Part shown: positions 9,926 through 21,066 of the stretch, in pieces
How positions within the stretch are numbered: position 1 is the first letter of the stretch
Layout of the letters: every line of letters begins with the position of its first letter
From: Patescibacteria group bacterium
Lineage (GTDB): Bacteria; Patescibacteriota; JABMPQ01; JAQVVF01
Direction of reading: 5' to 3'
Assembly: GCA_028699085.1 (NCBI GenBank)
Contig: JAQVVF010000002.1
Span: forward strand, 132,557 to 196,556
DNA length: 64,000 bases
Notes under the pieces: generated by a model
Database searches by the model: none
Seen by the model: only the letters and a program-made list of their open reading frames with translations
What the model was told of the DNA's origin: nothing
Made by a program: the position numbers and the translations under genes

Positions 9926-10867
9926 TTATTTTTTATTTTCAGTTAAATTTTCAGCTAAATACAATTTATAATCAAGTGCCGCTTGTTCTTTCAATGTTTT
10001 TTCATAATCAGCAAGCAATTCTGGATATGCAGAATATCTATCTAACTTTCGCGCATTGTCTTCTCTCAAGTTCAACAAAAACCAATCTAATACTTTCTCT
10101 TTTTCTAGCATATCTTCGCTGTCTGTTCTGATACATCTATTTCTACCATTTCTCTTAGCAACATAAGCTGCAGCATCAGCATCCTTCCTAGCTTCAAGAT
10201 ATGATATTTTACTACCCTTACGAATTACTTTAACTCCCACGCTTGCAGTTAAATTTCCTAAACTTTCTGAAAGATTAACTGATCGAACATTTGCCATAAA
10301 ACGATCCAAGACCTTTTCAACATCTTTTTCTTTTACTCTAGTTAATGCAAAAACAGATTCATCTCCTTCGCCTGCTCTTCCACCAAAATCAGTTTTTCTT
10401 CTTGATGCCATAGACACTTTACCAAATTCTGCTAGGACCAAATCAGCACCTTCATGACCTAAGGTATCATTTATTCTTTTGAACTTATCCAAATCAACTG
10501 CCAAAAATATTAAAACTTCATCTGGACCATAATTATCCATGTGTTCAACCTCGATATCAAATAATCTTGCAAAGCTATTTTTTTTCCATAATCCAGTTAA
10601 TTCATCTTTTTCCCCTTTAATTCTTTCTTTTGCTATTTCCAATGCTTGTTCTTTTAAAGAAGCCATTTGCTTTTTGAATACATTATCTGGCACACCTTCA
10701 TGAGCAATAGCTGGACCAAATCTTCTATTAATCAAATCTTCATACACTCTTCTTGTTTCCCTTTCTTCAACTCCTAATTCAGCATCAACATCAGGAGTAG
10801 TAAATGTCCTTTTTTCTTCTTTTTGTTCTCCTTCTGGATCAAAAGAAGGCTCTTCACCTATTGGCAT
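9926..10867 (-). CDS. GGDEF-like (nucleotidyl cyclase palm) domain protein with degenerate signature (GEGDE) and ~120-aa charged N-terminal region
   Basis: LIFLAVDLDKFKRINDTLGHEGADLVL ... DFGGRAGEGDESVFAL aligns to the GGDEF consensus DxDxFKxxNDxxGHxxGDxxL...RxGGDEF, but the signature reads RAGEGDE. Confidence 0.55.
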   Translation of the reverse strand: MPIGEEPSFDPEGEQKEEKRTFTTPDVDAELGVEERETRRVYEDLINRRFGPAIAHEGVPDNVFKKQMASLKEQALEIAKERIKGEKDELTGLWKKNSFARLFDIEVEHMDNYGPDEVLIFLAVDLDKFKRINDTLGHEGADLVLAEFGKVSMASRRKTDFGGRAGEGDESVFALTRVKEKDVEKVLDRFMANVRSVNLSESLGNLTASVGVKVIRKGSKISYLEARKDADAAAYVAKRNGRNRCIRTDSEDMLEKEKVLDWFLLNLREDNARKLDRYSAYPELLADYEKTLKEQAALDYKLYLAENLTENKK

Positions 10868-10921
10868 ATATTTTAAAATTATATACTCAAATTATACTAA
10901 AAAATATCTGTAATGTCTAAC

Positions 10922-10949
10922 AAAAAAACCGCTCATAAATCAAGCGGTT
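10922..10949 (-). terminator. rho-independent terminator after glyS
   Basis: Minus-sense hairpin AACCGCTtgatttatgAGCGGTT followed by TTTTTTT. Confidence 0.6.
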
Positions 10950-10965
10950 TGTAAAAATATTATTA

Positions 10966-12276
10966 TTAACCTAATTTTTTTTCAAAATAATCTTTCAATC
11001 CATCAATTTCCACTCTTTCTTGTTCCATTGTATCTCTATCTCTGACAGTCACTTTCTTATCTTCCAAACTATCAAAATCAATTGTCACACAAAATGGCGT
11101 TCCAATCTCGTCTTGTCTTCGATAAAGTTTACCAATACTACCAGAATCATCATACATTGCCACAAATTTTGTTTTCAAATCATTAAAAATTTTTCTTGCA
11201 ACATCAGTAATTTCTTTCTTATTTTTCGCCAAAGGCAACACTGCAATTTTTATTGGCGCTAATTTTGGATGGAATTTTAATACAATCCTTGTATCATCTT
11301 TTACTTTTTCTTCATGGTAGGCATCGACCAAAAAAGCCAATGCTGCTCTGTCAGCACCAGCAGAAGTCTCGATAATATTCGGAACAAATTTTTTGTTCTC
11401 TTTGGTATCAAAGTATGACAAATCTTGTTTTGAAGCTTTAGCATGATTTGAAAGATCCCAATCTCCCCGATCATGGATGCCTTCAAGCTCTTTATTCTCG
11501 AAAGGAAAATCATATTCAATATCAAAAGCCGCTTTTGCATAATGAGCTAGATCTTCTTTAGCATGTTCATGAAATTTCAATTTTTCTTTATTAATTCCAA
11601 GATCAATATACCACTGCATTCTTATTTTTTTCCATTCTTCAAAATATTTTTTGTTTTCTCCTGGTTTAATAAAAAATTGTTGCTCCATTTGTTCAAACTC
11701 GCGCATTCGATAAGTAAAATTACCAGGAGTAATCTCGTTGCGGAAAGCTTTTCCAATTTGAGCAATACCAAATGGAATTTTTGGTCTCATTGAATCCAAT
11801 ACATTTTTGAAATTAACATAAATCCCTTGGCAAGTTTCAGCACGCAAATAAGTGACAGAAGCATCATTTTCTACTGGCCCAACAAAAGTCTTCATCATTA
11901 AATTAAATTTTCTTGCCTCGCTTAACTCACCACCACACTCTGGACATTTTGTTGCCGCTTGCTCTTTAATATGATCAGCGCGAAATCTTTTTTTACATTT
12001 TTTACATTCAACCAAAGGATCAGCAAATCCAGCTGTCAAATGACCAGATGCATACCAAATTTTTGGAGACATTAAAATTGAAGAATCTAAACCAACAATA
12101 TCCTCTCGATCATGGACCATTGTTTTCCACCACTCTTTCTTAATATTATTTTTTAATTCCACTCCAATCGGACCATAATCATAACATGAAGAAAATCCGC
12201 CATAAATTTCTGAAGACGGGAAAATAAATCCTCTTCTTTTTGCTAATGATACAATTTTATCCATCAAATTTTCCAT
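10966..12276 (-). CDS. glyS: glycyl-tRNA synthetase (class II, alpha2 archaeal/eukaryotic-like type)
   Basis: MENLMDKIVSLAKRRGFIFPSSEIYGGFSSCYDYGPIGVELKNN..., class II motifs, C-terminal anticodon-binding domain; 436 aa. Confidence 0.9.
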   Translation of the reverse strand: MENLMDKIVSLAKRRGFIFPSSEIYGGFSSCYDYGPIGVELKNNIKKEWWKTMVHDREDIVGLDSSILMSPKIWYASGHLTAGFADPLVECKKCKKRFRADHIKEQAATKCPECGGELSEARKFNLMMKTFVGPVENDASVTYLRAETCQGIYVNFKNVLDSMRPKIPFGIAQIGKAFRNEITPGNFTYRMREFEQMEQQFFIKPGENKKYFEEWKKIRMQWYIDLGINKEKLKFHEHAKEDLAHYAKAAFDIEYDFPFENKELEGIHDRGDWDLSNHAKASKQDLSYFDTKENKKFVPNIIETSAGADRAALAFLVDAYHEEKVKDDTRIVLKFHPKLAPIKIAVLPLAKNKKEITDVARKIFNDLKTKFVAMYDDSGSIGKLYRRQDEIGTPFCVTIDFDSLEDKKVTVRDRDTMEQERVEIDGLKDYFEKKLG

Positions 12277-12312
12277 ATAATTTTATTTAAAACTTTTCTA
12301 TTTCAGTCTATC

Positions 12313-12343
12313 AAAAAAAAACAAGACTATCAATACAGTCTTG
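12313..12343 (-). terminator. rho-independent terminator
   Basis: Minus-sense hairpin CAAGACTgtattgatAGTCTTG followed by TTTTTTTTT. Confidence 0.6.
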
Positions 12344-12345
12344 AA

Positions 12346-12549
12346 TCAATGTACAATTTTTCCATTACATTTTGGACATGCAATCTTACTATTGCCACCC
12401 AAACTCACATATCGCTCATTTCCACAATAATCACAATTTTCAACAGAAAATTGATTTTTGTTAAAATCAGCAAGTATACGATTAAGACCAAATCCTAAAA
12501 CACCAAGAATAAAGATCCAACCGACTACAAACACAAGATAACTTAACAT
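12346..12549 (-). CDS. small membrane-anchored zinc-ribbon protein (paralog 1)
   Basis: N-terminal TM helix LVFVVGWIFILGVLGFGL, then CDYCGNERYVSLGGNSKIACPKCNGK (CxxC...CPxC); paralogous to the 59-aa ORF at 13941-14120. Confidence 0.5.
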   Translation of the reverse strand: MLSYLVFVVGWIFILGVLGFGLNRILADFNKNQFSVENCDYCGNERYVSLGGNSKIACPKCNGKIVH

Positions 12550-12567
12550 AATCGTCTTCCCTCATTT

Positions 12568-13920
12568 TCAACCAAAGTTCTTCAAAATTCCTCTCGCTGC
12601 AATCACACCAGTCGCTGCTGCTCCAACAATATTTCCAGAAACACCAGCACCATCGCCGGCCATATAAAGTCCCAGCATATTTGTTGCCAAATCTGAAGTT
12701 GTTCTAATTCTTGAAGATCTGAATTTCAATTCCGGCGCATACAATAGCGTACCGCCATCATTAATCCCAGGCATTACTCTTGCCAACAATTCCAAGCCTT
12801 CAATCAAATCTGTCACAATTCTTCCAGACAAAGCCATCGCGATATCACCAGGCGTCACATCAATCAATGTCGGATTAACATTACTTCTCTTAATTCTCTC
12901 CCAAGTACTTCTACGACCTGCCTTCAAATCAGCCAATCTCTGCAAAACTGGTTTTCCACCACCCAAAGTCGCCGCAGTTCTCGCCATAGCTTCTGCATAG
13001 GCTGTTGTATTTTCTAACGGCGCATCCAATTGAACATCAACCAAAAACGCAAAATTAGAATTACCAGAATCATGTTTCGAATTCGAATGACCATTCACTC
13101 CCACAAAGCCATCATATTTTTCTGTCGCTACCTTGCCACCTGGACATGGACAAAAAGTCCTTACCAAATCATCATGAGTTGGTGTTTGCAACAAAAAGAT
13201 TGCTTCATACATTACTTCTGCAAAAGTTCTCATTATCACTTCTGGAAATTCCACTCTAACACCGATCAACACTCTTTCATAATCTTGTCCCAAATCAAAA
13301 TGTTTTGCCAATTTTTGCAACCAAGAAGCACCCGGCCTTCCCGGCGCCAACAAAACATAATCTCCCAAAATAGTTTCGCCATTCTCTAAAACGACACCAC
13401 GACATTTACGATCAACTTCATAGATCCTTTCAACAATGCATTTTGTTTCAAAAACTACTCCTTTTTCCATCAACAGATCTTGAAAACTCTTAATCACTCT
13501 TGGCAGATTATCAGAACCAACATGCCGAACCTTTCGCGGAACTAACTTGATCCCATGAACCAAAGCCTGATCAACCAACATTGCCACTTGCTTTTCATTC
13601 TTCGGGTAATAATCAGCAGGTGCACCATGCTCAGTGAACAATCCATCAACATAATCAACAACTGGCTGATATTCTGATACGGACATAAGACCCAACATTT
13701 TTTCATGGCTCAATACTGGTGACACATGAAGTTTGCCATCAGAGAAAGTTCCCGATCCACCAACTCCATACATCACATCCCCAGATGACCTCTCATGAAC
13801 CAACACTCCTCGATCAATTAAACAAATCTTCAAATTCGGTTTCGTTACAATCAACTCATATGCTGCAAACAAACCCGCAGGTCCAGCACCGACGATCACA
13901 ACATCGAACTTCTCTAACAT
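12568..13920 (-). CDS. FAD-dependent oxidoreductase (COG2509-like)
   Basis: Rossmann FDVVIVGAGPAGLFAA; GSGTFSDGKL motif; start refined to ATG at 13920 preceded by SD AAGGAGGAGAGA (the track's 13944 start is a TTG). Confidence 0.75.
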   Translation of the reverse strand: MLEKFDVVIVGAGPAGLFAAYELIVTKPNLKICLIDRGVLVHERSSGDVMYGVGGSGTFSDGKLHVSPVLSHEKMLGLMSVSEYQPVVDYVDGLFTEHGAPADYYPKNEKQVAMLVDQALVHGIKLVPRKVRHVGSDNLPRVIKSFQDLLMEKGVVFETKCIVERIYEVDRKCRGVVLENGETILGDYVLLAPGRPGASWLQKLAKHFDLGQDYERVLIGVRVEFPEVIMRTFAEVMYEAIFLLQTPTHDDLVRTFCPCPGGKVATEKYDGFVGVNGHSNSKHDSGNSNFAFLVDVQLDAPLENTTAYAEAMARTAATLGGGKPVLQRLADLKAGRRSTWERIKRSNVNPTLIDVTPGDIAMALSGRIVTDLIEGLELLARVMPGINDGGTLLYAPELKFRSSRIRTTSDLATNMLGLYMAGDGAGVSGNIVGAAATGVIAARGILKNFG

Positions 13921-13940
13921 TCTCTCCTCCTTTTTTGGAC

Positions 13941-14120
13941 TCAATCAAAAAATGGTCCGCGAGGATCCAAACATTTTGGACAAGGACACCCACCAACAAT
14001 GCCACTATTATTACAAAAATCACAATAAACATTTTTATTGGATTTTTTCCTAATTTTAGATACCATCCAAAATACCAAAAACAAAATCATCAAAATAGCA
14101 ATAACGATGTTTGCCTTCAT
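13941..14120 (-). CDS. small membrane-anchored zinc-ribbon protein (paralog 2; 59 aa, not in ORF track)
   Basis: Translated by hand: MKANIVIAILMILFLVFWMVSKIRKKSNKNVYCDFCNNSGIVGGCPCPKCLDPRGPFFD; ATG at 14120 preceded by SD GAAGGAGGAAGAA; TGA stop at 13941. Confidence 0.5.
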   Translation of the reverse strand: MKANIVIAILMILFLVFWMVSKIRKKSNKNVYCDFCNNSGIVGGCPCPKCLDPRGPFFD

Positions 14121-14132
14121 TTCTTCCTCCTT

Positions 14133-15853
<1,721 letters not shown>

Positions 15854-15858
15854 TGAGT

Positions 15859-16641
15859 TTAATAATTTAACAATTTAACATTAAGTGTTTCTACGTCACA
15901 TAATAATTTTTTCGCCTTACATTCTCGATCTAAAGTGAATCTAATAAATAGATCCAAAACTTTTTCCACTTCTAAACTCAATTTCTTTTCAATTTTCAGT
16001 CTTTCAATATTTTCAAAACTGTTATCTTCTAAAAAATTCAAGACCTTCAAACATTCAAAAGAAATTTTCAAACTCTCACGATCGATATCAAAACAATCTT
16101 TGCAAATCAAACCACCCACAAATGTGCTAAAATAATTTTCCCTATATCTTTTACCACATTTAACGCATTTTTTCAAATCCGGCAAAAATCCCAAAATTTT
16201 CAATAACTTAATCTTAAAACTGCTCAAAATTAAATTCATTTTTTTTTCAAACAGAACATCTCGATTAATTGCATCTAAAGTTAAAAGCAATAAATTATAT
16301 AATCTTGTATCTTTAAAACCTTCGTTTGTAAATCTATCAACCAATTCACATACATAATAAGCATGCGAAGTTCTATCTAAGTCAAAACATAAGTTTTTAA
16401 AATGCCAATTTTTTTCTACAGATGTCACGATATCAAAAGATTTTCCTTCAGCCAAAATTAAATCAACACTACAAAATAATTCCAAATGTCCGCCTAACTT
16501 TGAAGTTGTTTTTCTAACTCCTTTTGCCAAAGCTGCTATTTTACCCATATTCGCAGTAAAAATAGTCAGAATTTTATCTGCTTCTTTATAATTCACTCTT
16601 TTGATAATAACGCCTTTTGTTTTATATGTTGCCATAGACAA
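15859..16641 (-). CDS. recO: DNA repair protein RecO
   Basis: N-terminal OB fold (KTKGVIIKRVNYKEADKILTIFT), zinc motif CVKCGK...CKDC; 260 aa. Confidence 0.8.
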   Translation of the reverse strand: MSMATYKTKGVIIKRVNYKEADKILTIFTANMGKIAALAKGVRKTTSKLGGHLELFCSVDLILAEGKSFDIVTSVEKNWHFKNLCFDLDRTSHAYYVCELVDRFTNEGFKDTRLYNLLLLTLDAINRDVLFEKKMNLILSSFKIKLLKILGFLPDLKKCVKCGKRYRENYFSTFVGGLICKDCFDIDRESLKISFECLKVLNFLEDNSFENIERLKIEKKLSLEVEKVLDLFIRFTLDRECKAKKLLCDVETLNVKLLNY

Positions 16642-16672
16642 AAATATTATAGCACATAACTTTTAACTAAAA

Positions 16673-16702
16673 TAAAAAAACCAGCAAATTAAATTAGCTG
16701 GT
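16673..16702 (-). terminator. rho-independent terminator
   Basis: Minus-sense hairpin ACCAGCtaatttaattGCTGGT followed by TTTTTTT. Confidence 0.6.
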
Positions 16703-16707
16703 AAAGT

Positions 16708-17190
16708 TCAACCAAAACAAAATCCTTTCAAAGCTTTTTCAACAAAATCTGCAATTACCTTTTTCAAAAGAACACTATCAATTTTGGTATCCTTCGGACA
16801 CAAAGCACTGCTCAATTTCAACTGGAAAATTAATCGCAAAGCTCTATCGCCATTTTTTGGCCTTTCAAAAAACCACACCACATCTTTTGTGCCCCTGCAT
16901 GATTCACCCTGAACAATCACAACACTTTTATTGTAATATGGACAAACCACAATTGGAGAGTGAGTATTCAACACCAAATTGACAGAATATGGAAGGAGTC
17001 TGTCTGGATAAATCGAGCCCTGATCAACAATACCCAATTTTTCCAAAAGCTGTGGCAATTCAGAAACGACTTCGGGAAATTCAACAGAAAAATCACGTTT
17101 GAGACCCATTTGCTTCCTCCTGCCAAACCACGCATATAATAACAAAATAAAATAAAAAGTCAAGATCAAAAAAGATGGATCACTACCCAT
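16708..17190 (-). CDS. hypothetical protein with N-terminal TM helix
   Basis: 160 aa ORF; N-terminal hydrophobic segment FLILTFYFILLLYAWF; no recognisable motifs. Confidence 0.4.
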   Translation of the reverse strand: MGSDPSFLILTFYFILLLYAWFGRRKQMGLKRDFSVEFPEVVSELPQLLEKLGIVDQGSIYPDRLLPYSVNLVLNTHSPIVVCPYYNKSVVIVQGESCRGTKDVVWFFERPKNGDRALRLIFQLKLSSALCPKDTKIDSVLLKKVIADFVEKALKGFCFG

Positions 17191-17217
17191 CTTTTTCTGT
17201 CCAAATTATTTGTTCAG

Positions 17218-20200
17218 CTATTTCTTAACACCAATCCAACCTTCCTCTTTGCCTACCTTTGCTTCCTTGCCTAAATCAACTTCCTTTTTGCCTTCTTCTA
17301 ATTCAGTTGCTAAAGTCTCTTTCTTAATATAATCATCAAACTGGTGGCAAACTTTTTTACCCTTTTCACCCATTTCAAAACATACTTTAATCCTATCAGC
17401 AATCTGATAGTCAGCTTCCTTACGCATTGATTGAATTTGCCTTACAACTTCACGAGCCAGACCTTCTAATTCTAGCTCTTCAGTCAATTCAGTCTGCAAA
17501 GAAACTACAACATTACCATCGCCTTCAACTTCAAAGCCTTTTTCTTTAGAAATATATTTCTTCTTATTCTTTTTCTCTTTCACCTCAAAATCAATCTTCT
17601 CTACAAATTCAATATTTTTTACATTCAACTCATCTTTCAAGATATCTATCAAATCGTCCGAAATTTTTAATTTTTCATTTTGAATTTTTAATTTCGCCAA
17701 AGGTTGTCTTGCTTTCATTTGCGCTTTTGCCCTTGCAGCTAATCCTAATTTTGCAATTGTCCTTGTTAAATCCATTTCATTATTCAATTCTTCATCAATT
17801 AAATCAACGTCAGCCTTTGGATAATCACACAAGTGCACACTTCCGACTTCTGAAGGTCCGACGCTCTGACGCTCTAAATTCAAATAAATTTCCTCAGTCA
17901 CAAAAGGCACAATTGGCGCTAACAATTTTACAAAACTTATCAAAACAGTATATAGAGTTTGATAAGCCTGATTCTTGTCTTGATCATTCTCACTCTTCCA
18001 AAATCTTCTTCTTGATCTTCTTACATACCAATTAGCCAAATCATCCAAAAATTTCTCACATTTTTCCATTACACGCTGGGCATTAAATTTATCCATTTCT
18101 TTAGTGCATTCAACAATCAAAGCATTCAAAGCAGAGACAATCCACTGATCAAGTTTATTGTTCAGTTCTAATTTGCTATTTTTAGCTGGTTTAAAATTAT
18201 CAATGTTCGCATATAACACAAAGAAAGAATAAACATTCCACAACAAAATTAATTTACGCCTAATTGCTTCTGCAGGTCTATAACCAAATCTAAGATTATA
18301 AGCAGGATTCTGTACGCAATACATCCACCTCATTACATCAGCTCCCATTTTTTCAGCTGCTTCGTCAAACCAAATCGCATTACCAGAAGATTTATGCATT
18401 GGCTTACCTTTTTCATCTCTTACTTCTTCATAAGCTAGTACTTGCTTATATGGTATCTCATCTTCCAAGGTTACAGCCATGAATAATAATGAATAAAACC
18501 ATAATCTTACTTGAGCGCGCATTTCACATACAAATTCAGCTGGAAACCATTTTGCCCAATATTCTTTATCGCTAAAATATTTTAGCGTTGAGAAAGGCAC
18601 AATTCCAGCATCAAGCCAGCAATCTCCAACATCTTTAATTCTTGATACTTCTTTTTTACATTTTGGACAAACAATCGAAAGCTCATCAATCCAAGGACGA
18701 TGCAACTCTGGAACAATTTTTCCATTTTCTAAAATATTAATTTCATGAGCTTTTGCATTTTGCGCCATCACCTTCATGACATTTCTAATCTTACCTTTCT
18801 TTTCGATTACTTTTTCTAACCCAGCTAACACTCCATCATGAGTAACAATAACAACTGTTTGCCCATTATGTTTTTCTAATATTTCTCCATAAAAATCTTG
18901 GCATCTTAATAAAATATCTTTAGTGCTTTCACCAATTTCTCCAGCTTTTTTATCATTTACGCTATCGTAAACTTCTATTAACTCTTTTTTAAATAGTGAT
19001 ACTTTTTTATTAGCCCAATTACCAAAATCGTGCTCTCTTAAACGTTCATCTTCAACCAAATCTACACCGCACAATTTTGCTACCTTTTCTGCCGTTTTTT
19101 TACAACGAATATATGGAGAAGTATAAACAATATCAATGCCTCTCTCTTTCATCTGTTTCGCTAACAAAGTAGCTTCTTCTTCGCCTTTCCAATCCAAATC
19201 AGTACCAAGATCCTTACTATCAGTAATTCCCATCACATTGCCTTCGCTTCTACCATGTCTAGATAAAATTATATTAGTTGATTGCTGGTTTGATAATTCT
19301 AAAAGCTCTTTTCTTGATTGAATAGCTGTCACTTCACCACATTCACATTCATAAAAAGGCAATGGCAATCCCCAATAACGTTTACGAGAAATAACCCAAT
19401 CACCCATATTATCAAGCCAATCTTGCATTCTTTTGCCTACTGATTCAGGCAACCAACCAACCTTTTCTGCAGCTCTTTTCATCGGTTCTCTGATTTCCGA
19501 AACATCAATAAACCATTCGGAAACTGCTCTAAACACTAATTCCTCCTTGCATCTCCAACAAAATGGATAGCGATGTTTAATGTCAGCAATTTTCAAAAAA
19601 TTGCCTTTTTCTTTTAATGAAGAAAAAATTTCATTCTTAATTCCGTGAACATTTTTTTTGTTCAACCAATCAAAACCTTCTATGTAATTACCAAACTCAT
19701 CAATTGGCGCGATAATCTTCAAATCATTAGTTTTTGATAATTGATAATCTTCCTCACCACATCCAGGTGCAATATGTACAATGCCAGTACCTTCAGCATC
19801 AGAAACATCTTCCCAAGCAATAACTTTATGTTCAACGCCTGACTGAACAGGTAATTCATCAAATGGTCCTTCATAATGCAAACCTAATAAACTCTTGCCA
19901 TCAACTTCCTCCATAATTTCTGCTTCACCCAAAACTTTTGAAACCAAAGCTTTAGCCAAAATATACGTCTCACTGTCTTTCGTTGCTCTAACATATTTTA
20001 CCTTAGGATTTACAGCCAAGGCTACATTTGCTGGCAATGTCCAAGGAGTCGTTGTCCAAACCAAGAAATATTCATTAATTTCAGCTTCTTCACTTTTTCT
20101 TTTTAATTTAATATAAACTGCCTGATGAACTACTTCTTTCCAACCATCATCTGACAATTCATGCTGAGATAATGCTGTCCCACATCTTGTACACCAAGGC

Positions 20201-20736
20201 ATCACAGAATAACCTTTGTATAACCAGCCATTTCTTTTACATTTTTCTAAAAAAGTCCAGATTGCCTCAATATTATCATCAGTATATGTATAATAAGAAT
20301 TTCTCCAATCCATGAATTGACCCAATCTTTTTGATTGTTCAGTTTGAATTTCTGAATATTTCTCAATTCTTTCTTTGCATGCTTTAGAAAAATTATCCAA
20401 ACCAAATTTTTCAATTTCTTTTTTTGAATTAAAGCCTAAATCTTTTTCCACTTCAACTTCCACCCAAAGTCCCTGGCAATCAAAACCATTTTGCCATCTT
20501 TGATCAAATCCTTGCATCGCTTTATATCTCTGAAAAACATCTTTCAATGTTCTACCCCACGCATGGTGCACTCCCATTGGGTTATTAGCAGTAATTGGAC
20601 CATCAATAAAAGACCAAGGCTCTTTGCCATGATTTTTATTCTGCAATTTATAAAACATTCTATTCTCATTCCAAAAATCAAGAACATTATGCTCTAATTT
20701 CACGAAATCTTGTTTTGGGTCTACTTTTTTAAACAT
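17218..20736 (-). CDS. ileS: isoleucyl-tRNA synthetase (type 2) carrying an inserted histidine-phosphatase (PGAM-family) domain
   Basis: 1172 aa; IleRS hallmarks WVISRKRYWGLPLP, DCWLDAGIVPFS, tRNA-binding C-terminus. Between YECECGEVT and ELHRPWIDELSIVCPKCKK, aa ~472-688 encode LSRHGRSEGN...TSPYIRCKKTAE...VTHDGV (RHG catalytic motif of histidine phosphatases). HIGH region reads GVHHAW, KMSKS reads PMHKS. Confidence 0.9.
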   Translation of the reverse strand: MFKKVDPKQDFVKLEHNVLDFWNENRMFYKLQNKNHGKEPWSFIDGPITANNPMGVHHAWGRTLKDVFQRYKAMQGFDQRWQNGFDCQGLWVEVEVEKDLGFNSKKEIEKFGLDNFSKACKERIEKYSEIQTEQSKRLGQFMDWRNSYYTYTDDNIEAIWTFLEKCKRNGWLYKGYSVMPWCTRCGTALSQHELSDDGWKEVVHQAVYIKLKRKSEEAEINEYFLVWTTTPWTLPANVALAVNPKVKYVRATKDSETYILAKALVSKVLGEAEIMEEVDGKSLLGLHYEGPFDELPVQSGVEHKVIAWEDVSDAEGTGIVHIAPGCGEEDYQLSKTNDLKIIAPIDEFGNYIEGFDWLNKKNVHGIKNEIFSSLKEKGNFLKIADIKHRYPFCWRCKEELVFRAVSEWFIDVSEIREPMKRAAEKVGWLPESVGKRMQDWLDNMGDWVISRKRYWGLPLPFYECECGEVTAIQSRKELLELSNQQSTNIILSRHGRSEGNVMGITDSKDLGTDLDWKGEEEATLLAKQMKERGIDIVYTSPYIRCKKTAEKVAKLCGVDLVEDERLREHDFGNWANKKVSLFKKELIEVYDSVNDKKAGEIGESTKDILLRCQDFYGEILEKHNGQTVVIVTHDGVLAGLEKVIEKKGKIRNVMKVMAQNAKAHEINILENGKIVPELHRPWIDELSIVCPKCKKEVSRIKDVGDCWLDAGIVPFSTLKYFSDKEYWAKWFPAEFVCEMRAQVRLWFYSLLFMAVTLEDEIPYKQVLAYEEVRDEKGKPMHKSSGNAIWFDEAAEKMGADVMRWMYCVQNPAYNLRFGYRPAEAIRRKLILLWNVYSFFVLYANIDNFKPAKNSKLELNNKLDQWIVSALNALIVECTKEMDKFNAQRVMEKCEKFLDDLANWYVRRSRRRFWKSENDQDKNQAYQTLYTVLISFVKLLAPIVPFVTEEIYLNLERQSVGPSEVGSVHLCDYPKADVDLIDEELNNEMDLTRTIAKLGLAARAKAQMKARQPLAKLKIQNEKLKISDDLIDILKDELNVKNIEFVEKIDFEVKEKKNKKKYISKEKGFEVEGDGNVVVSLQTELTEELELEGLAREVVRQIQSMRKEADYQIADRIKVCFEMGEKGKKVCHQFDDYIKKETLATELEEGKKEVDLGKEAKVGKEEGWIGVKK

Positions 20737-20801
20737 ATTGACAAAAATTAATTAATATGATAAAATTTATATAGTTCTTTCAAGAGAAAAGGAGACAAGA
20801 A

Positions 20802-21056
20802 ATGAAAAAATCACTCAAAAAAATTTTTTGGATAGTAATAACAACATTTCTTTTGATAGCCTCTTTAACACATTTCTCAATTGTACTATATGCAATAATC
20901 ATGATTTTTTTACCTTCTACTAATATTCTTGCCATAGAGATTATAACAATCTTTTGCTTAATCAACGGTTTATTCTGTTTATACTTTTCCAAACTTTTTG
21001 CTTCTCATTTCCAGATCATTCCTCAAAAAAGAATAACGCACTTACTTTACCACTAA
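20802..21056 (+). CDS. hypothetical small membrane protein
   Basis: 84 aa, two hydrophobic helices; own sigma70-like promoter TTGACA-17-TAAAAT (20738-20766), SD AAAAGGAGA and a downstream terminator; lies between ileS and the PGAM gene on the opposite strand. Confidence 0.45.
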   Translation: MKKSLKKIFWIVITTFLLIASLTHFSIVLYAIIMIFLPSTNILAIEIITIFCLINGLFCLYFSKLFASHFQIIPQKRITHLLYH

Positions 21057-21066
21057 CGTGGTTTTT
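21043..21066 (+). terminator. rho-independent terminator (plus strand)
   Basis: Hairpin ACCACtaacGTGGT followed by TTTTTTT. Confidence 0.5.

Noticed and set aside
3483-10966. T-box leaders upstream of the other aaRS genes (leuS, metG, glyS, argS)
   Set aside because: Their upstream regions are either too short (operonic, under 60 nt) or contain only a terminator hairpin; no GGTGGNACCGCG motif was found there.
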